From Nitrospinaceae bacterium (GTDB lineage Bacteria; Nitrospinota; Nitrospinia; Nitrospinales; Nitrospinaceae): DNA of 64,000 nt. This document shows positions 1 through 9,280 of the stretch, piece after piece (the stretch's first letter is position 1; each line of letters starts with the position of its first letter). The translations under genes and the position numbers were made by a program. The notes below the pieces were generated by a model. That model saw only the letters and a list, made by a program, of their open reading frames with translations. It did no database searches and was not told the DNA's origin. Where the stretch lies: NCBI GenBank assembly GCA_965237905.1, contig OZ250172.1:2048001-2112000 (forward strand), written 5' to 3'.

Positions 1-1130
1 ATCTCGAACGCTACCGGCGGCATGTCCCCTTCATGGACTTGTTCGGCAAAACCCATTATCTGCAAGCAGCGCTCAAATTAAAAGGCACTGCAGCCATTGC
101 GAAGGAAACCACCGAAATGATCCTGGCCCACTCCAGCCAGACCGGCGGCAAGTTCATGTTCAATGAAACGCTCGATGACAGTTATTCGCGCATTCTCGCG
201 ACACCGCTGCGCACTAACTGCGCCATTCTGTCCACTTGGACGCAGGGCATGAACCGTGCGGAGGTGACGTCCCTGATCAAAGATATTCCATTCAAAATGG
301 TGCGCGCCATTACCCAGACGCGCGGCAACCGCGACCATTGGGAAAACACGCAGGAGAACATGTTCTGCATGAACGCTCTGGTCGATTACAATAAAGCCTA
401 CGAAAATACCCAGCCACGGATGGTCGTCAAGGCGATGATGGATAGGAAGACTCTGGGCAAGGTGAAGTTTAACGACCGGCGCGATAAGCCGACCACGTTC
501 GAGCGGCCTATCGGGAAAAGCGATCCCGGACGCAAAACCAAAATGGTGATCGAGAAAAAAGGGCCGGGCCGCATGTACTATTCAACCCGCGTCAGCTACA
601 CACCGCTGGAAGAGCACGCCAACCGTGTCAACGCCGGCATCGAAATCCGCAAGGAGTACAGTGTCGAGCGTGACAAAAAATGGACTTTGTTGAAAAACCG
701 GTCGGAAATCCGGCGCGGCGAACTGGTGCGCGTCGATATTTTTGTATCGATCCCCACCGCGCGCAACTTCGTGGTGGTGGACGATCCCGTGCCCGGCGGA
801 CTGGAACCCGTTAATCGCGATCTCGCCACCGCCTCCATCGTTGACGCCGACAAAGGAAATTTCAAAGCCGCCGGCAGTTCCTGGTGGTTCCAGTATCCCG
901 ACTGGCATTACTTCAATGCCTCGCGCTGGAGTTTCTACCATAAGGAACTGCGCCACGACTCGGTGCGGTTTTATTCGGACTACCTCCCGGCGGGCAACTA
1001 TGTGTTGTCTTACACGGCGCAAGCGATCGCACCCGGCAACTTCGCGAAGATGCCCGTACACGCTGAAGAGATGTACGATCCCGACGTCTTCGGCAAAGGC
1101 GTCCCCTCGAAACTGGTCGTGAAGGATTAA
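1..1130 (+). CDS. Bacterial alpha-2-macroglobulin family protein, C-terminal part (5' end outside window)
   Basis: Frame is open to the window edge. C-terminal A2M motifs: WENTQEN, RGELVRVDI, VVVDDPVPGGLEPVN, ELRHDSVRFY, PVHAEEMYDP. Followed after 4 nt by pbpC, as in the YfhM-PbpC pair. Confidence 0.9.
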   Translation, partial: LERYRRHVPFMDLFGKTHYLQAALKLKGTAAIAKETTEMILAHSSQTGGKFMFNETLDDSYSRILATPLRTNCAILSTWTQGMNRAEVTSLIKDIPFKMVRAITQTRGNRDHWENTQENMFCMNALVDYNKAYENTQPRMVVKAMMDRKTLGKVKFNDRRDKPTTFERPIGKSDPGRKTKMVIEKKGPGRMYYSTRVSYTPLEEHANRVNAGIEIRKEYSVERDKKWTLLKNRSEIRRGELVRVDIFVSIPTARNFVVVDDPVPGGLEPVNRDLATASIVDADKGNFKAAGSSWWFQYPDWHYFNASRWSFYHKELRHDSVRFYSDYLPAGNYVLSYTAQAIAPGNFAKMPVHAEEMYDPDVFGKGVPSKLVVKD

Positions 1131-1134
1131 GAAC

Positions 1135-3333
1135 GTGCTGAACGGGATTTCAAAAAGAGAGCGTCTCTGGTCCGCCTTCGCTGGAGGCGGCATGATAGTT
1201 GGCGTGGTGTTCACTTTTGTGACGCTGATGAATCTTTCGTCCACCTCAAGGATATTGCAATCCATTCATGTCAAGGGCGAGCAGGTGCGTGTTCTGGATC
1301 GCCACGGCGCACCTCTTTTGGTAAGCGCTCACACGGACTGGAATCTGCACGATACGGTGCTCCTGCACAGTGTTCCCGAGTTTCTTCAGATGGCGTTTGT
1401 GCTCTCGGAGGACAAACGGTTTTACGAACATGACGGTATCGACTGGCGTGCACGATTTCATGCGCTCTGGCAAAACGTGAAAGCGATGAAGGCCGTGCGC
1501 GGCGCAAGCACACTCACCGAGCAGGTGGTACGCATCAACCATCCCCGTTCGCGCACGGTGTGGTCGCGCTGGCTCGAAGGTTGGGAAGCGCAGGACCTCG
1601 AACATCATGCCAGTAAGGCGGATATTTTGGAGTTCTATCTCAACCAGGTGCCTTACGCCTCCAACAGGCGGGGACTCATCCAGGCGGCGCGGCATTATTT
1701 CAACCGCGATCTCGATACGCTCAATAAAAAAGAAATGCTCGCCCTCGTGGTGCTGGTGCGGGCGCCGTCACGTTTCGATCTGTACCGGGATACACGGAGG
1801 GTGGAAACATCCATCCACCGTCTGGCCCGGGCGCTGGTGGACAGGGGAATACTTTCCAAAGTTGAGCACGAGAATATCCTGAGTCATCGGCTCAAACTCG
1901 AAAAGCCGAAATCTCGCGCGCAAGCCTTCCACTTTGCGCAGCAGGTAAGGAATAAACTCGTACCGGGATACCCTCATAGCAAAATTCGCAGTACCTTGGA
2001 TGCCGACCTGCAAAACACCGTGCAATCTTTGCTGGACCGCCGCCTCGAGGATTTGAAATCCCGGAAAGTGCGTAACGGCGCCGTGCTGGTGGTGAATCAT
2101 AACACGCGTGAAATCCATGCCTGGACCGTGGCGGGTCAAATGAACGAAGACATGCCGGGAAGTTTTATCGATGCCGTCACCACCCCGCGCCAACCGGGCT
2201 CGTCCATGAAACCCTTTTTGTACGCGTTGGCGCTGGAGAGCGGGTGGACTGCCGCGACGGAAATCGACGACTCGCCGCTGGTACAATCCGTCGGCCATGG
2301 CCTGCACAATTACCGCAATTACAGCAGAACCTTTTACGGTCCGGTGTCCCTGCGCAAGGCGCTGGGCAATTCGCTCAACATCCCCGCTGTCAAAACCGCG
2401 CAGTTCGTCGGCACCGATTCCTATCTGAAATTTCTGCGCACATTGGGATTCCGCTCACTCAACCGACACCCCGATTTTTACGGCGACGGACTGGCCCTCG
2501 GTAACGGTGAGGTGACGCTGCTCGAATTGGTGCAGGGCTACACCACACTGGCTAACCGGGGCACCTTCGCTCCCCTTAAAACATTGCTGGACGATCCCTC
2601 GTCCCACGCTTCCCGGCAAGTCCTGTCGCCGGAGTCCGCATCGTTGATCGCTCATATTTTGTCTGATCCCGAGGCGCGGCGGCTGGAGTTTGGGGGCGGC
2701 AGTGTGCTCAACCTGCCCGTGCAGACCGTCGTGAAAACCGGGACGTCGACGGATTACCACGATGCCTGGGCGGTCGGGTTCAACGACCGTTATGTGGTCG
2801 GCGTGTGGATGGGCAACCTCGACCAACGGGCGATGGACAAGGTGACCGGGTCGACCGGACCCGGCCTGCTTCTGCGGGGCGTGTTTGCGGAACTCAACCG
2901 CTACCGCGAAACTCATCCCCTGTACCTGAGTCCTCGGCTTGTGCAAAAAGAAGTCTGTTCAGTTGCCACCGACTCTCAACCCTGCCGACCCTATTCCGAA
3001 TGGTTCCTGCCTGGTACGGAACCGGAAGCGGCTGACCGTAATAAAACCCTTGGAGCCGACCCCAAGTTGCAATGGGTGCAACCGACGCCTGGTTTGCAGT
3101 TGGCAATGGATCCACGCATCCCGGATGCTCACGAAGCGTTCGAGTTCGTGATTGGAGGGGTGAAAGAAACCGAGCAGGTGGAATGGATGCTGAACGGAAA
3201 ACCGGTCGCCCGCACCCGTGGAGGCCGCTACCTCTGGCCCGTCGAGCGCGGTACGCATCAACTTCACGCTACAGTTCTGACCGACAGCCCCCAGCCCTTA
3301 ACCCTGTCAAAAGTTCGCTTCAACGTAAAATAA
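1135..3333 (+). CDS. pbpC: Penicillin-binding protein 1C (transglycosylase/transpeptidase)
   Basis: N-terminal TM segment; GT51 motifs EDKRFYEHDG, GASTLTEQ, ILEFYLN; transpeptidase motifs GSSMKPF, SLN, KTGTS; PBP1C-type C-terminal domain; next to A2M. Confidence 0.93.
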   Translation: MLNGISKRERLWSAFAGGGMIVGVVFTFVTLMNLSSTSRILQSIHVKGEQVRVLDRHGAPLLVSAHTDWNLHDTVLLHSVPEFLQMAFVLSEDKRFYEHDGIDWRARFHALWQNVKAMKAVRGASTLTEQVVRINHPRSRTVWSRWLEGWEAQDLEHHASKADILEFYLNQVPYASNRRGLIQAARHYFNRDLDTLNKKEMLALVVLVRAPSRFDLYRDTRRVETSIHRLARALVDRGILSKVEHENILSHRLKLEKPKSRAQAFHFAQQVRNKLVPGYPHSKIRSTLDADLQNTVQSLLDRRLEDLKSRKVRNGAVLVVNHNTREIHAWTVAGQMNEDMPGSFIDAVTTPRQPGSSMKPFLYALALESGWTAATEIDDSPLVQSVGHGLHNYRNYSRTFYGPVSLRKALGNSLNIPAVKTAQFVGTDSYLKFLRTLGFRSLNRHPDFYGDGLALGNGEVTLLELVQGYTTLANRGTFAPLKTLLDDPSSHASRQVLSPESASLIAHILSDPEARRLEFGGGSVLNLPVQTVVKTGTSTDYHDAWAVGFNDRYVVGVWMGNLDQRAMDKVTGSTGPGLLLRGVFAELNRYRETHPLYLSPRLVQKEVCSVATDSQPCRPYSEWFLPGTEPEAADRNKTLGADPKLQWVQPTPGLQLAMDPRIPDAHEAFEFVIGGVKETEQVEWMLNGKPVARTRGGRYLWPVERGTHQLHATVLTDSPQPLTLSKVRFNVK

Positions 3334-3399
3334 AAAATACCCTGCGGCAAAAACTCTCTGTTTTTACCTGTTTGTGTTTTAAAGGTTTACGTTTTCGGG

Positions 3400-3735
3400 T
3401 GAAGAAGGAGGCCCAGAGTTCCTTGTAAATGAACCGATCGGGCGATATCCTGATTTGTAAATCAAAGTGAAGCCGGATGGATTCATACCGAGGGAGAAGA
3501 CTTGGCCGTGAAATATCCCTCGATCTGGTTCACCGAAGCGGCGGGGCAGGACCCGTGGAGCATCATTGTTTCTTATCCGTTGGGGGCAACCCTCGTTTTA
3601 TTTATAGCATTGATTGCCAAGCCGCAACCGGAACTGGCTACAATGCCCAGCCGGCCGCAAGCGGGCATGCCGCCACGAACTCAGGTCCAGCCGAGACAAC
3701 GGCTCCGGCCTCAACCTACAAATGTGGGAAAATAA
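3400..3735 (+). pseudogene. Possible frameshifted remnant of a membrane sensor (Cache-domain end plus TM helix), or a 77-aa small membrane ORF (3502-3735)
   Basis: Two frames join with one extra T near 3454 to read ...EPIGRYPDFVNQSEAGWIHTEGEDLAVKYPSIW...DPWSIIVSYPLG-[TM]. The W-x6-P just before a hydrophobic stretch resembles the end of dCache domains. Confidence 0.3.
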
Positions 3736-3777
3736 CGCGTGCTATTCGTAGTGGAGTGACTCCTGATGAAAGAATCC

Positions 3778-3825
3778 TCCACTGAGGATAACTTCGTGCG
3801 GGTTCGATTCCCGCCCCTCGCACCA
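3778..3825 (+). tRNA. 3' half of a class II tRNA (Leu-type); att-like remnant, not an intact gene
   Basis: TCCAC, variable arm TGAGG-ATAA-CTTCG, T-arm GCGGG-TTCGATT-CCCGC, acceptor strand CCCTCGC, then A-CCA. No complementary 5' acceptor strand, D-arm or 7-nt anticodon loop upstream. Confidence 0.8.
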
Positions 3826-4141
3826 TCCCCAAGCGCATTATCGAGCAGTCTGAATTTCAGTTGCCGCTACTGTTTTAACCTCACTCAATACCTCCTACCC
3901 GGATAGCCATAAATTCGACTGCCTGGTAGCCCTGATAATCGCCAATGTAGAGGGTAACCCCAAGTAATTAAAGGAGTTCTGATAATAGAATTATTGAATA
4001 ACTTTATAGAAAAGAGGTCCTTATTGTTTTGAAAGACCATATTTTTAGGCTATATATAGAGGTAACCTGCCCATGAAGAGGATTTGTTGAGTGAGGGATT
4101 GGCCTAGAAGAAAGGAGGCGGCCAGAATTTGCCGGGGGGGC

Positions 4142-4169
4142 TTGACAGTAGCTAAATTTGTCGGATAAT
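4142..4169 (+). promoter_or_regulatory. Candidate sigma70 promoter for the three-gene module
   Basis: TTGACA-N16-GATAAT about 200 nt upstream of 4375. Confidence 0.35.
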
Positions 4170-4374
4170 TACGGTTTTCCAATAAAAAAAGTATTGTTTT
4201 GGCACATTTTATGTGAAAAATCATATGAAATAAGAACTTCCGCGAATTTTATGTTGTGATTTCGGTTGACCAATGCGAGCATATAATGATATGTAATACT
4301 ACACTTTATAGACATTTATGTATCATTCTAATACATCTCGCTAATGAATTAACATTTTTATGGCGATATGAAAT

Positions 4375-4770
4375 TTGAATGCCGAAGACGGAAATAAGCT
4401 CCTTGTTGATTTTGTAGAAGCTTGCAAGGACGATAATCAGGAAATAAGCCTGAACTCCCGAATTTGTGGGGGGTCGTCCGGAGCTTCTAAGAAATTTTTA
4501 AATTTAGACACAGAGGAAGAAGTAATTCGCTTTATTGGCAATGGTGGCTTGGAGAAGCCTTTATTCCAAAAAACTGAGCCTTTTAGATATGCCCCAGCCA
4601 ATGAACAACCGTGTTTAGCGTATTCCTATCTTTTTGAGTCAGGAAGTGTTAAGGGATACATATCTATAGCATATCTAGCAAAAAAGAAAGTTTGGAGATT
4701 AAAATCATTTAAAGAGCATGACCAAAAAATGCACATTAAAGCTAAAAAAGGACCAGAAAAATTACTTTAA
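4375..4770 (+). CDS. Putative MqsR/RelE-superfamily toxin-like protein
   Basis: 131 aa with TTG start. The C-terminal beta-rich segment YSYLF..KGYISIAY..WRLKSFK resembles the MqsR ending (..SFK). Lies directly upstream of an MqsA-like gene. Confidence 0.55.
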   Translation: MNAEDGNKLLVDFVEACKDDNQEISLNSRICGGSSGASKKFLNLDTEEEVIRFIGNGGLEKPLFQKTEPFRYAPANEQPCLAYSYLFESGSVKGYISIAYLAKKKVWRLKSFKEHDQKMHIKAKKGPEKLL

Positions 4771-4787
4771 AAACCAAGGGTTATAAT

Positions 4788-5483
4788 ATGAAAAAACCAT
4801 TGTTTTGCCCCGAGTGTGATTCCGATAAGATTAGGGTTGATTGGGAAACTGATCAGATATCATTGCCGGGTGGGGACAAATTTGATTATGAAAAGGAAAT
4901 TCACATTTGTGAAAATTGTGGTGAAAGGGGAGTCTTTTCGAGAAGTATCATTAAAGAAAATCATGAAAGATATTTGGCCGCACTTCAAGAAAATAACAAT
5001 CGATCTTTAGAATCGATCACGGATTATCTTTCTCAACATAATTTGAAAATGGCATTTGTTGAGCGATCCTTAAGATTGCCACAAAGAACTGTTTCAAGGT
5101 GGAAGTCAAAGGGGGTTTCCGCTTCTGGTATGGCATTAATGAGAATCATAAAGACTTTCCCTTGGATTTTGTGCGTGGCAGAAAAAGATTTTGATGAAAG
5201 ATTTTCTAAAGAAGAGCTTGTTCGTCAGGCCTTTCCTATTATTCAAGAGACCATTCGTAACCCTGATGAAATTAATTCCGTTAATACATCTCAGAATAAA
5301 CATTTGAAGGCGGCATGGTTTACACCGCAGGGTGCATTCACTATAACTGCATCACTTGTTGTGGATAGAGAAATAATTGCAATGGAAAACCCGAATGCAA
5401 TGCCTAAGCGAACAATCGCAGGGGAAATGCCACATGCAACGGAAATAGAATTTGAGATTCTTGAGGGAGATGTCAAAATATGA
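4788..5483 (+). CDS. MqsA-like antitoxin (Zn-ribbon plus Cro/XRE HTH) with long C-terminal extension
   Basis: CPEC...CENCGE zinc ribbon; HTH AFVERSLRLPQRTVSRWK; helix ALMRIIKTFP; then about 100 extra residues. Confidence 0.75.
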   Translation: MKKPLFCPECDSDKIRVDWETDQISLPGGDKFDYEKEIHICENCGERGVFSRSIIKENHERYLAALQENNNRSLESITDYLSQHNLKMAFVERSLRLPQRTVSRWKSKGVSASGMALMRIIKTFPWILCVAEKDFDERFSKEELVRQAFPIIQETIRNPDEINSVNTSQNKHLKAAWFTPQGAFTITASLVVDREIIAMENPNAMPKRTIAGEMPHATEIEFEILEGDVKI

Positions 5484-5932
5484 AATTTAGCGATATCATT
5501 GTTTGTGATGATATTAGACGCGAGATAGGGAATAAGCGAACCCTTGTAGGCGTATATTCAAATCAATTAATATTTTATACAGATCCGGAACAACCCAATT
5601 GGCCAACCCCAAAACAATTAGGTATTTATTTTAATATTATTTTGGAGGATGGTGATCCTGCTGGCTTGGATGGTTTTAAGGGGAGTGTTTCCGTTAAACC
5701 TAGTTCAAATAAAAAGACTGAGGAAGTCAAAATTGCAGACTTTCAAGGTGGACTATCTAGCAATATGGGGAAGATTGTGACAATTGATCTGTTGTCTCCT
5801 CTCCTTATCCCTTTCCCAGGCACCCTAATTTTAAGTTTTGAAGTTCAAAGAGAGGGAAAAAAAATCTCCAGTTTTAGAAAAGAGATAATTGAAATAAGTG
5901 AAGCTCCATCAAATCAACCTGCCAAAGTCTAA
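5480..5932 (+). CDS. DUF6941-like beta-sandwich protein
   Basis: N-terminal IIVCDDIRREIGNKRTLVGVY and C-terminal PFPGTL patterns as recalled for DUF6941. ATGA overlap with the antitoxin; GAGGGAG RBS. Confidence 0.7.
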   Translation: MKFSDIIVCDDIRREIGNKRTLVGVYSNQLIFYTDPEQPNWPTPKQLGIYFNIILEDGDPAGLDGFKGSVSVKPSSNKKTEEVKIADFQGGLSSNMGKIVTIDLLSPLLIPFPGTLILSFEVQREGKKISSFRKEIIEISEAPSNQPAKV

Positions 5933-5984
5933 TACTTCCTAACATCTAAAAAGTCTTTCGAGTCGACTGAACACCTTAGGAAAT

Positions 5985-6017
5985 AAAAAAGGCGGTTCCC
6001 GTTGGGGGAAACCGCCT
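5985..6017 (-). terminator. Rho-independent terminator after the csp gene (possibly bidirectional)
   Basis: Minus strand AGGCGGTTTCCC-CCAAC-GGGAACCGCC followed by T6. Confidence 0.8.
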
Positions 6018-6139
6018 GCTTTTAAATAAACATTTCCTATGTTAATCCGGCGGGCTATTTAACCTGGCCGGGATTAAGGCTGGTACCCAGTGTTGGATCA
6101 AACACCCAACACTCCAACCGGAGCGGGAAAAGGATTCAA

Positions 6140-6340
6140 CTACTTGGGCATCACGTTGTGGGCTTGGGGTCCTTTATCCCCAACGTTCATTTCATATTCA
6201 ACGGACTGGCCCTGCTTCAACGTCTTGAACCCTTCCTGCTGAATCTGAGAGAAATGAACAAAAACATCTTTGCCTTCATCCGTCTCGATAAAACCATACC
6301 CTTTGCTATTGTTGAACCATTTCACTTTTCCCTCTGCCAT
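6140..6340 (-). CDS. Cold-shock protein (CspA family)
   Basis: [31 protein letters not shown] contains the RNP1/RNP2 motifs; GGGGAG RBS before ATG at 6340. Confidence 0.97.
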   Translation of the reverse strand: MAEGKVKWFNNSKGYGFIETDEGKDVFVHFSQIQQEGFKTLKQGQSVEYEMNVGDKGPQAHNVMPK

Positions 6341-6673
6341 GGCGAAATCTCCCCCAAAATGTAAATTGAAAGCACATCCTAACACAAGTCGGTTTTTTTC
6401 CCAGTGGAGACCCGACAAAAAAGGGTGGATTTTTTGCCGGCTCCTAATATCCGAATTTCAATATCACTATTACATTGAATTTAATGGGGTTATTCGTTTT
6501 TTGGGGGTGGCGAAGTGGGTTAAAATTGCGCATTGTCAGGACCTTTGTGTTCTCAACTCAGGGTTGCAGGACGACTCCCAATCCGAAAATTGATGCATCC
6601 GCCATCTGTCATTTCCTTATATAATTTGTAGGTAATATCATAAGCGCATCCATCTTTGGATATAGGAGTTCGT

Positions 6674-7321
6674 ATGACCCTCCAACTGGGTTCTCAACAC
6701 TATTCCCCGCAACGCATTTTCTGTATCGGCAGGAATTATGCGGAGCATGTCAAAGAGCTGGGCGGCCGTGTCCCCGGCCAACCGGTCGTATTTATGAAAC
6801 CGGTGTCTTGCTTGGTGTCTCCCGGACAGACGATTCCGATGCCGACGCATGGCAACAACCTGCACCACGAGGTGGAAGTGGTCGTGTTGATCGGGACACC
6901 GGGAAAGAATATTCCCGAGTCCGACGCCGCATCCCATATTGCAGGGCTGACACTGGGTCTGGATTTGACCCTGCGGGATGTGCAGTCGGACCTGAAAAAG
7001 AAAGGCTGGCCGTGGGAAATTTCCAAAGCCTTCGACCAGAGTGCCCCTCTCGGAACATTGACGCCCTATAGCGACACCCTTCCACTTGATGACATTCCGT
7101 TTCAGTGTTCGGTCAATGGTGCCGTGCGCCAAACCGGCAACAGTTTCGAGATGATGTTTCCGATTCCTCATTTGATCCATTACTTGAGCGGTATCTGGGA
7201 ACTCAAGGAAGGGGATTTGATATTCACCGGCACACCGTCGGGAGTCGGGCCTTTACAACCGGGTGACCGGGTTACCCTGCACAGCGACCTGTTAGGAACT
7301 TTCGAATGGTCTCTGGCCTGA
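6674..7321 (+). CDS. Fumarylacetoacetate hydrolase family protein
   Basis: IFCIGRNYAEH, FMKP, HHEVE, DLTLRDVQ, KAFD, GDLIFTGTPSGVG; AGGAG RBS before ATG 6674. Confidence 0.95.
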   Translation: MTLQLGSQHYSPQRIFCIGRNYAEHVKELGGRVPGQPVVFMKPVSCLVSPGQTIPMPTHGNNLHHEVEVVVLIGTPGKNIPESDAASHIAGLTLGLDLTLRDVQSDLKKKGWPWEISKAFDQSAPLGTLTPYSDTLPLDDIPFQCSVNGAVRQTGNSFEMMFPIPHLIHYLSGIWELKEGDLIFTGTPSGVGPLQPGDRVTLHSDLLGTFEWSLA

Positions 7322-7557
7322 AATCCGGTACCGATATCGGGTTCTCCAGGAATTTTTTATGATTTGATGAAGCGCGCCTGAATCGTCCTAACTCCCCTGA
7401 ACTCATTCGTTTTCGCCATGACCCCCGGCCCGGGAGAAACGACACCTCCATTTAATATCCCTGAGGGTAAAACACCTTAAAAATATGTGTTATTATAAAT
7501 TACAACTACATTAAATGTTAATAAATGAATCTTCAAAGGTACTGCTTAGGAGCCGCT

Positions 7558-9132
7558 ATGTTCTCTGAAAAAAGTGTTCATCCAAGATCGTGGTTATGGG
7601 GATATGGAGTTTTGATCCTTTTGGTTTTAATGGGAAGTATGACCGGATGCTCCAGTACGCCGGAGACCGATAAACTTCATAGTTCTGGGGAAGGGATGCC
7701 AGGAAGTGCTACGGACAAGGCGGCCTCTCTTGCACCCGGCGGGTCTTCAAACCCTACCGATAGGGTCAATGCAATCCCCTATTCTCCGGCCGACCGCACA
7801 GTTGTTCTTCGATACGCAGAAAAGGGGGAGAGCGATTCAGCGAATCTGGATCAGGCTTTAAAGCTGGTTCAAAGAGCAGAACAACTTTCTCCAGCCAAAC
7901 GGATGATGGAGGACTATTTGATTCTTGCGGCCCATTATTGGTTCAAGGGTGATACGAATCAAGTGGTTCAACAGGCCAACCAGGGGATCATGGCGAAGTC
8001 GGACAGCAAAAGGGTGAGGGCCCATATGTTTATCTATTTGGGTTATACCTACGAGAGCAAGAGTCCGACCATGGCCCGGTCTTACTTCAAGCAAGCCGCT
8101 CGGATAGACACCGGTTTTTATAAAGGCGACTACGAGTTAGGCCGCATTTTTTTCCTGAAGAAGGAATACTCCAAAGCTCAGGCTCCTCTTAAAAAGGCTT
8201 TCAATTTGAATCCGGAAAGTGCAGACGTTTATGGGAAGCTGGGTCAAATGTTTTATGACATGGACCTGTATGAAGAAGCGGCGGAGTCCCTGGAAAAAGC
8301 ATTGGCCATGAGCCCGCAAACTCACTGGATACATCTCAAGTTGGGTGATACCTATTTTTATGGATTGAAAAAAAGGGAAGAGGGCGGACGTTATTACCAA
8401 CAAGCGGTTTCAAACAACGATTCAGATCCCGAAGCGCATTTAGGATTGGCTTTTTATCATAGATACAAAAGTGAATATGAGAAAGCAGAGAAACATTTAG
8501 AAAAAGCGATGAAGTTGGATGAGAGGAATCCGAAATATAAGCGGGAACTCGATGATATGCTTTCCGAAAAAAGTGAAATGGCAAAGGGAATTCGAAAGTA
8601 TAAACAGGCCATCAGGAAAAGTCCGAAGGATCCCGATCCTGTGGCCCAATTTGGGAAATATTACCTGCGATGGGGAAAGTATGACAAAGCAGAGGAGCAA
8701 TATAAAAAAGCTGTTGAGGTGGCCTTAAAAATTGATGCGGCGCCTGTCGCTAAACCAGACCCTAACAAACCGGCGGGACCTCCAGTGATTGGGCCTTCCA
8801 AGGTACCGGAGCACGCCAACAATTTAGGATGGTTTTACTTCAATAATAAAAAATATGCTCAGGCGGAGCAAGCATTCAAGACGGTGCTAAAGGTTAATCC
8901 AAAGCATACTCCGGCCCAGTTCGGGTTGGGCCGGACCTATGAGAATCTGGAACAATATGACCTGGCCGCGTCTCACTATACCCAGGCCGCTGCCCTGGAC
9001 CCGGACAATGAGGAAGCGCAAAAGCGCCTCACCGCTTTGAAGGAATCAGGGAGATTGAATCCGGTGGGCGAGATGGTCAAAACGCCGGAGGAAAAAACAG
9101 GTAAAAAGCCGGTGATAGAGGTTAAAAAGTAA
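7558..9132 (+). CDS. TPR-repeat lipoprotein
   Basis: Hydrophobic signal ending MTGC lipobox; many TPR units (e.g. AQFGLGRTYENLEQYDLAASHY); AGGAG before ATG 7558. Confidence 0.85.
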   Translation: MFSEKSVHPRSWLWGYGVLILLVLMGSMTGCSSTPETDKLHSSGEGMPGSATDKAASLAPGGSSNPTDRVNAIPYSPADRTVVLRYAEKGESDSANLDQALKLVQRAEQLSPAKRMMEDYLILAAHYWFKGDTNQVVQQANQGIMAKSDSKRVRAHMFIYLGYTYESKSPTMARSYFKQAARIDTGFYKGDYELGRIFFLKKEYSKAQAPLKKAFNLNPESADVYGKLGQMFYDMDLYEEAAESLEKALAMSPQTHWIHLKLGDTYFYGLKKREEGGRYYQQAVSNNDSDPEAHLGLAFYHRYKSEYEKAEKHLEKAMKLDERNPKYKRELDDMLSEKSEMAKGIRKYKQAIRKSPKDPDPVAQFGKYYLRWGKYDKAEEQYKKAVEVALKIDAAPVAKPDPNKPAGPPVIGPSKVPEHANNLGWFYFNNKKYAQAEQAFKTVLKVNPKHTPAQFGLGRTYENLEQYDLAASHYTQAAALDPDNEEAQKRLTALKESGRLNPVGEMVKTPEEKTGKKPVIEVKK

Positions 9133-9280
9133 ACCTGAAAAAGTTATTGATTTAAAGAGAGTTTTGGGGATTTCTTCCGGGCTGAGAGGTGAAGTAATGG
9201 CGCTGGGCAAGCCGGTGATTCGGTTTTTCCCTTGATATACTTGCCGCGTGGGCGCATATTTATGAGAAAAAACGGGGGAA

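Noticed and set aside
3763..3772. Hammerhead ribozyme (CTGATGA)
   Set aside because: No stem II followed by GAAA and no compatible stems I/III.
3440..3825. tmRNA, or an intron-split tRNA-Leu
   Set aside because: The 3' end is CCCTCGC-ACCA rather than the alanyl-identity ...TCC-ACCA. No matching 5' acceptor strand or exon and no group I core motifs were found.
3891..3903. 13-mer CCTCCTACCCGGA also found inverted near 62667
   Set aside because: Matches of this length are expected by chance in 64 kb, and the flanks do not align.
4200..4215. Sigma54 promoter TGGCAC-N5-ATGT
   Set aside because: Lacks the invariant GC at -12.
9178..9240. TPP riboswitch (GGCTGAGA)
   Set aside because: The downstream TGAT...TAAT...GCGNAGG core is absent, and the next gene is unrelated to thiamine.
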